Shown here: one piece after another, positions 61,083-64,000 of the stretch
Position numbering within the stretch: position 1 is the first letter of the stretch
How the letters are laid out: every line of letters starts with the position of its first letter
Origin: Raja brachyura
Lineage: Eukaryota
Direction of reading: 5' to 3'
Assembly: GCA_963514005.1 (NCBI GenBank)
Contig: OY740781.1
Span: 163,308,001-163,372,000, forward strand
Length of the DNA: 64,000 nt
Position numbers and translations under genes: made by a program
The notes under the pieces: generated by a model
What the model saw: the letters and a program-made list of their open reading frames with translations, nothing else
Databases searched by the model: none
What the model was told of the DNA's origin: nothing

Positions 61083-62290
61083 TGTGTGGGAAGGAACTGC
61101 AGATGCTGGTTTACAACGAAGATAGACACAAACAGCTGGAGTAACTCAGCGGGACAGGCAGCATCTCTGGAGAGAAGGAATGGGTGTTGTCTGAGTTGGG
61201 TCTCGAGCCAAAACCCATTCCTTCTCTCCAGAGATGCTAGAGATACATAGAAGACTAGAGCATAAGAGTGGGCCCTTAAATGCACAATATCCATTCTGAA
61301 TATGATGCCATGGTAAATCAATCTCATTTGACTGCACCTGATCCATATCCCTTCATCCCTTGCATTTCTACATGCCTATCGTGAAGCCTGTTCAGCACCA
61401 CTAAACCCATCTGCCTCCACCAGACACCCCCCTTTCCCCCACAGTTACTTCCAGTCACCCACCAACATCTGTATTAAAAGACGCACCTTATATCTCTTTT
61501 AAAGTTTGCTCCACATTACCCACCACCATCTTTGTGAAAAAGTTGCTCTTTAGGTTCCTATGACATCTTTCCCCTCTCACCTTAAATTTATGTCCTCTGA
61601 TCTGATCTCCTAATCTGGGTAAAAGTCTGTGAATTCCCCCTACCTATTCCCCTCATTAATGTATGCACCTCTGCAAATTCGCCCCTAGTCTCCTGCGCTC
61701 CAAGGAGAAAAGTCCTAGCCTGTCAACCTCTTCTTATCTCAGGCCCTCAAATCCAGGAAACATATTTCTAAATCTTCTCTGCACCCTTTGCAGCTCATTG
61801 GCATCCTTCCTATGGTGACCAAAGCTGAACACAATACTCCAAATATATCCTCACCAACATCTACTACGACAGTAACATAGCAACCCAAATTCTATACTCA
61901 GTACCCTGACTGATGAAGGCCCATGTACCACATGCCCTCTTCACCACCCTGCCTGTGATGCCATTTTCAGGGATCTATGTTCAATGGTTCAATGGTACTT
62001 CATTGTTATATTTACTAAGTACAGTGAAATTCATTTTTTGCACACCATTCAATAAAAATCTTATTAGACATAGGCTCAATCATACGTAAATCCAAGTCTG
62101 TATGAATAGTAGATTACACTGAGGCAGTACACAAGATTACCTGCATTTCTAGATCCCTCTACTTTACAACACTCCCTAGAGCCCAGCTGTTCACTGGGAA
62201 GGTCCTGGCCTTTGGTCCTGGCCTGGTTAGACTTCCCAAAATGTAACACATTGTACTTATTTGCGTTAAATTCAATTAATCATTCTTCAG
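61083..62290 (-). mobile_element. Penelope-like palindrome followed by a degraded CR1 LINE
   Basis: Penelope-like unit at 61083-61238. The minus-strand CR1 remnant ~61255-62290 resembles 14104-14977 and 16603-17097. Confidence 0.7.
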
Positions 62291-64000
62291 CCCCCATTTT
62301 AAAGGCAGGGAAAAGGGTAGAGAGGAGGTAGAAAAGTTTAGGAAATAAATTCTGGTGTATAGTGTTAAGGCAGCTGAAGAAACAGGAAGTGCCTGAGGCT
62401 AGAACTGGGATTCCACACATCTTCCCCCTACTGCTAAATTTGATAATGTGGAATTTATATCAAAGGTCTTCAGCAAAAGATCTGCTACGTCAACTGTGCC
62501 ACCCTATGTTTATGCACTCTGGGGAAACCAGCCATCACATCAAATTAAAATTTAAAAAAATGAAAAGACCATATATTTTTTGGGGGACTAAGTATGACAA
62601 GCTCCACTGATTTTTTGTAAAATAAATAAAATGACATGTATCCGATTGAGTTTGAAGATTTATTGCTATATTGTTAAGATTATTCCTTTTGCTGGTTGCT
62701 GGTGGCTGCTATATATTCACTATTTTAAAAGATGTAACACAGTCCACAATTTCAAGTCCCCCTTGTCCTCACCTTCCACCCCATCAACTGTCGCACACAG
62801 CATATATTTCTTCCACAATTTCAAGTAATGCACCAGACTTGGAAACTTGACATTTGCTCTTGTAACTCTGGTAAATTATTCTTTCTGTGGCTTCATATAT
62901 AATTTGTTTTATTATCCCTCTGTGAAGCACGTTGTCATGAGATTCAGCAAAAAAAAAAGTAAACTTATATTGAATGTACTCTCAATGTGATATTGTACTT
63001 TTGATGTCTTTGTTTTGAACACTGCCTTGGGCACCTCAACTATCCTTGACAGTCTATTATTACATGCATCTAGATAAATTACAATCCAATATTCTTCTCA
63101 GGATTATCTATCTTTTCAAAATTATTTCTGTCTCTATTGCAACTGATGCTCTAGACTAATTGCTCTAGACTAATTCTATTGCATTACTTCAGTTTGCACC
63201 TTGAGCTTTGCCAATTTTCTTTTCTCGACATTATCGTCATCTCCCCTTATAGTTTAATAACATTTTATTATACATTATTTATTCTACTATGCTTTTATCA
63301 GGTTTAGATCTTCAATGGACAGAGGTCCTTTTTATTTCATATGACCTGTTGCAGAGTACGAAATGGAGGAATGATGTCTAGAATGTGTGGTCCATATAGA
63401 TTTAAGGAACCAAATGAAACAAAGAATCTCTATTTTTGCGTGCTTATCTTTAACCAGGTAGACTTGCTTTAACTCTTCAATGGATTTGTTCTCCTTCCAG
63501 TCTCAAAATGTCCAGTTCCATGTATCTCCTTCCAGTCCCTTCATTTAAAATGGCACAGTAGCTCAGAGGGGGGATGGAAGGGGAATATATATATATATAT
63601 ACTATATATACGAAGCATCTCAGGAGCCCACCGTGGCAGACGCATCCCAGGAGGCCGGAGAGTACTGGGCGGTAGAACCATACGGGTCAGTGGAGCCTTG
63701 TAGTTCGGCAGAGCCTGGGGCGGTGGAGCCCGCGGCTGGGGCCTGGGTCAGCACCACGTAGGCGTCAGGAGGGGACCGTGGAGGAGGTCGGTGCGGTGGT
63801 CAATGATTGCGTGGACGGTCGGGGACAGGCCACGTGGGAACCGGAGGACACGCCACCAGGAGGAAAGGAGGGTCCGGTGTGGGTGGACCACCATGAAGGG
63901 GAGGAGGGGAAGAACAAAGGAGGGCCTGGTGTGGCGAACCACCGGGAGGGAGGAGAGGGGGAGCGGTGGGGAGAGCAAAGGTGGAACTGGTGCGAAGGGG

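Noticed and set aside
2041-61238. Recurrent ~28-bp hairpin motif as a possible CRISPR repeat
   Set aside because: Dispersed on both strands within longer repeats with TSDs, no regular spacers, no cas genes, vertebrate context.

Overview
Vertebrate genomic DNA, most likely from a cartilaginous fish (skate or ray), inferred from HE1/V-SINE-type SINEs and the CR1 and Rex1/Babar repeat content. The host genes are a tandem NK-class homeobox pair on the + strand, each with two coding exons: HMX1 (33628-35688, 301 aa) and SOHo1/HMX4 (49813-50912, 249 aa). Repeat-poor, enhancer-like DNA surrounds them. The rest is largely mobile DNA. It includes a full-length but decayed DIRS1-type tyrosine-recombinase retrotransposon (8663-13993, minus strand) with ITRs, ICR, gag, RT/RNase H, a methyltransferase-like domain and YR, plus 5'-truncated LINEs, tRNA-derived SINEs and MITEs. 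The most notable signals are two non-coding retroposon families carrying self-cleaving-ribozyme motifs. (i) A ~145-bp TSD-flanked SINE (23393, 38826) begins exactly at the predicted cleavage site of a minimal HDV-like ribozyme fold. (ii) Dozens of ~100-250-bp Penelope-like units carry a minimal hammerhead core and occur as monomers with long TSDs, head-to-head palindromes and one tandem dimer. All calls were made by eye; no searches or folding programs were run, and repeat boundaries are approximate unless junctions are quoted.
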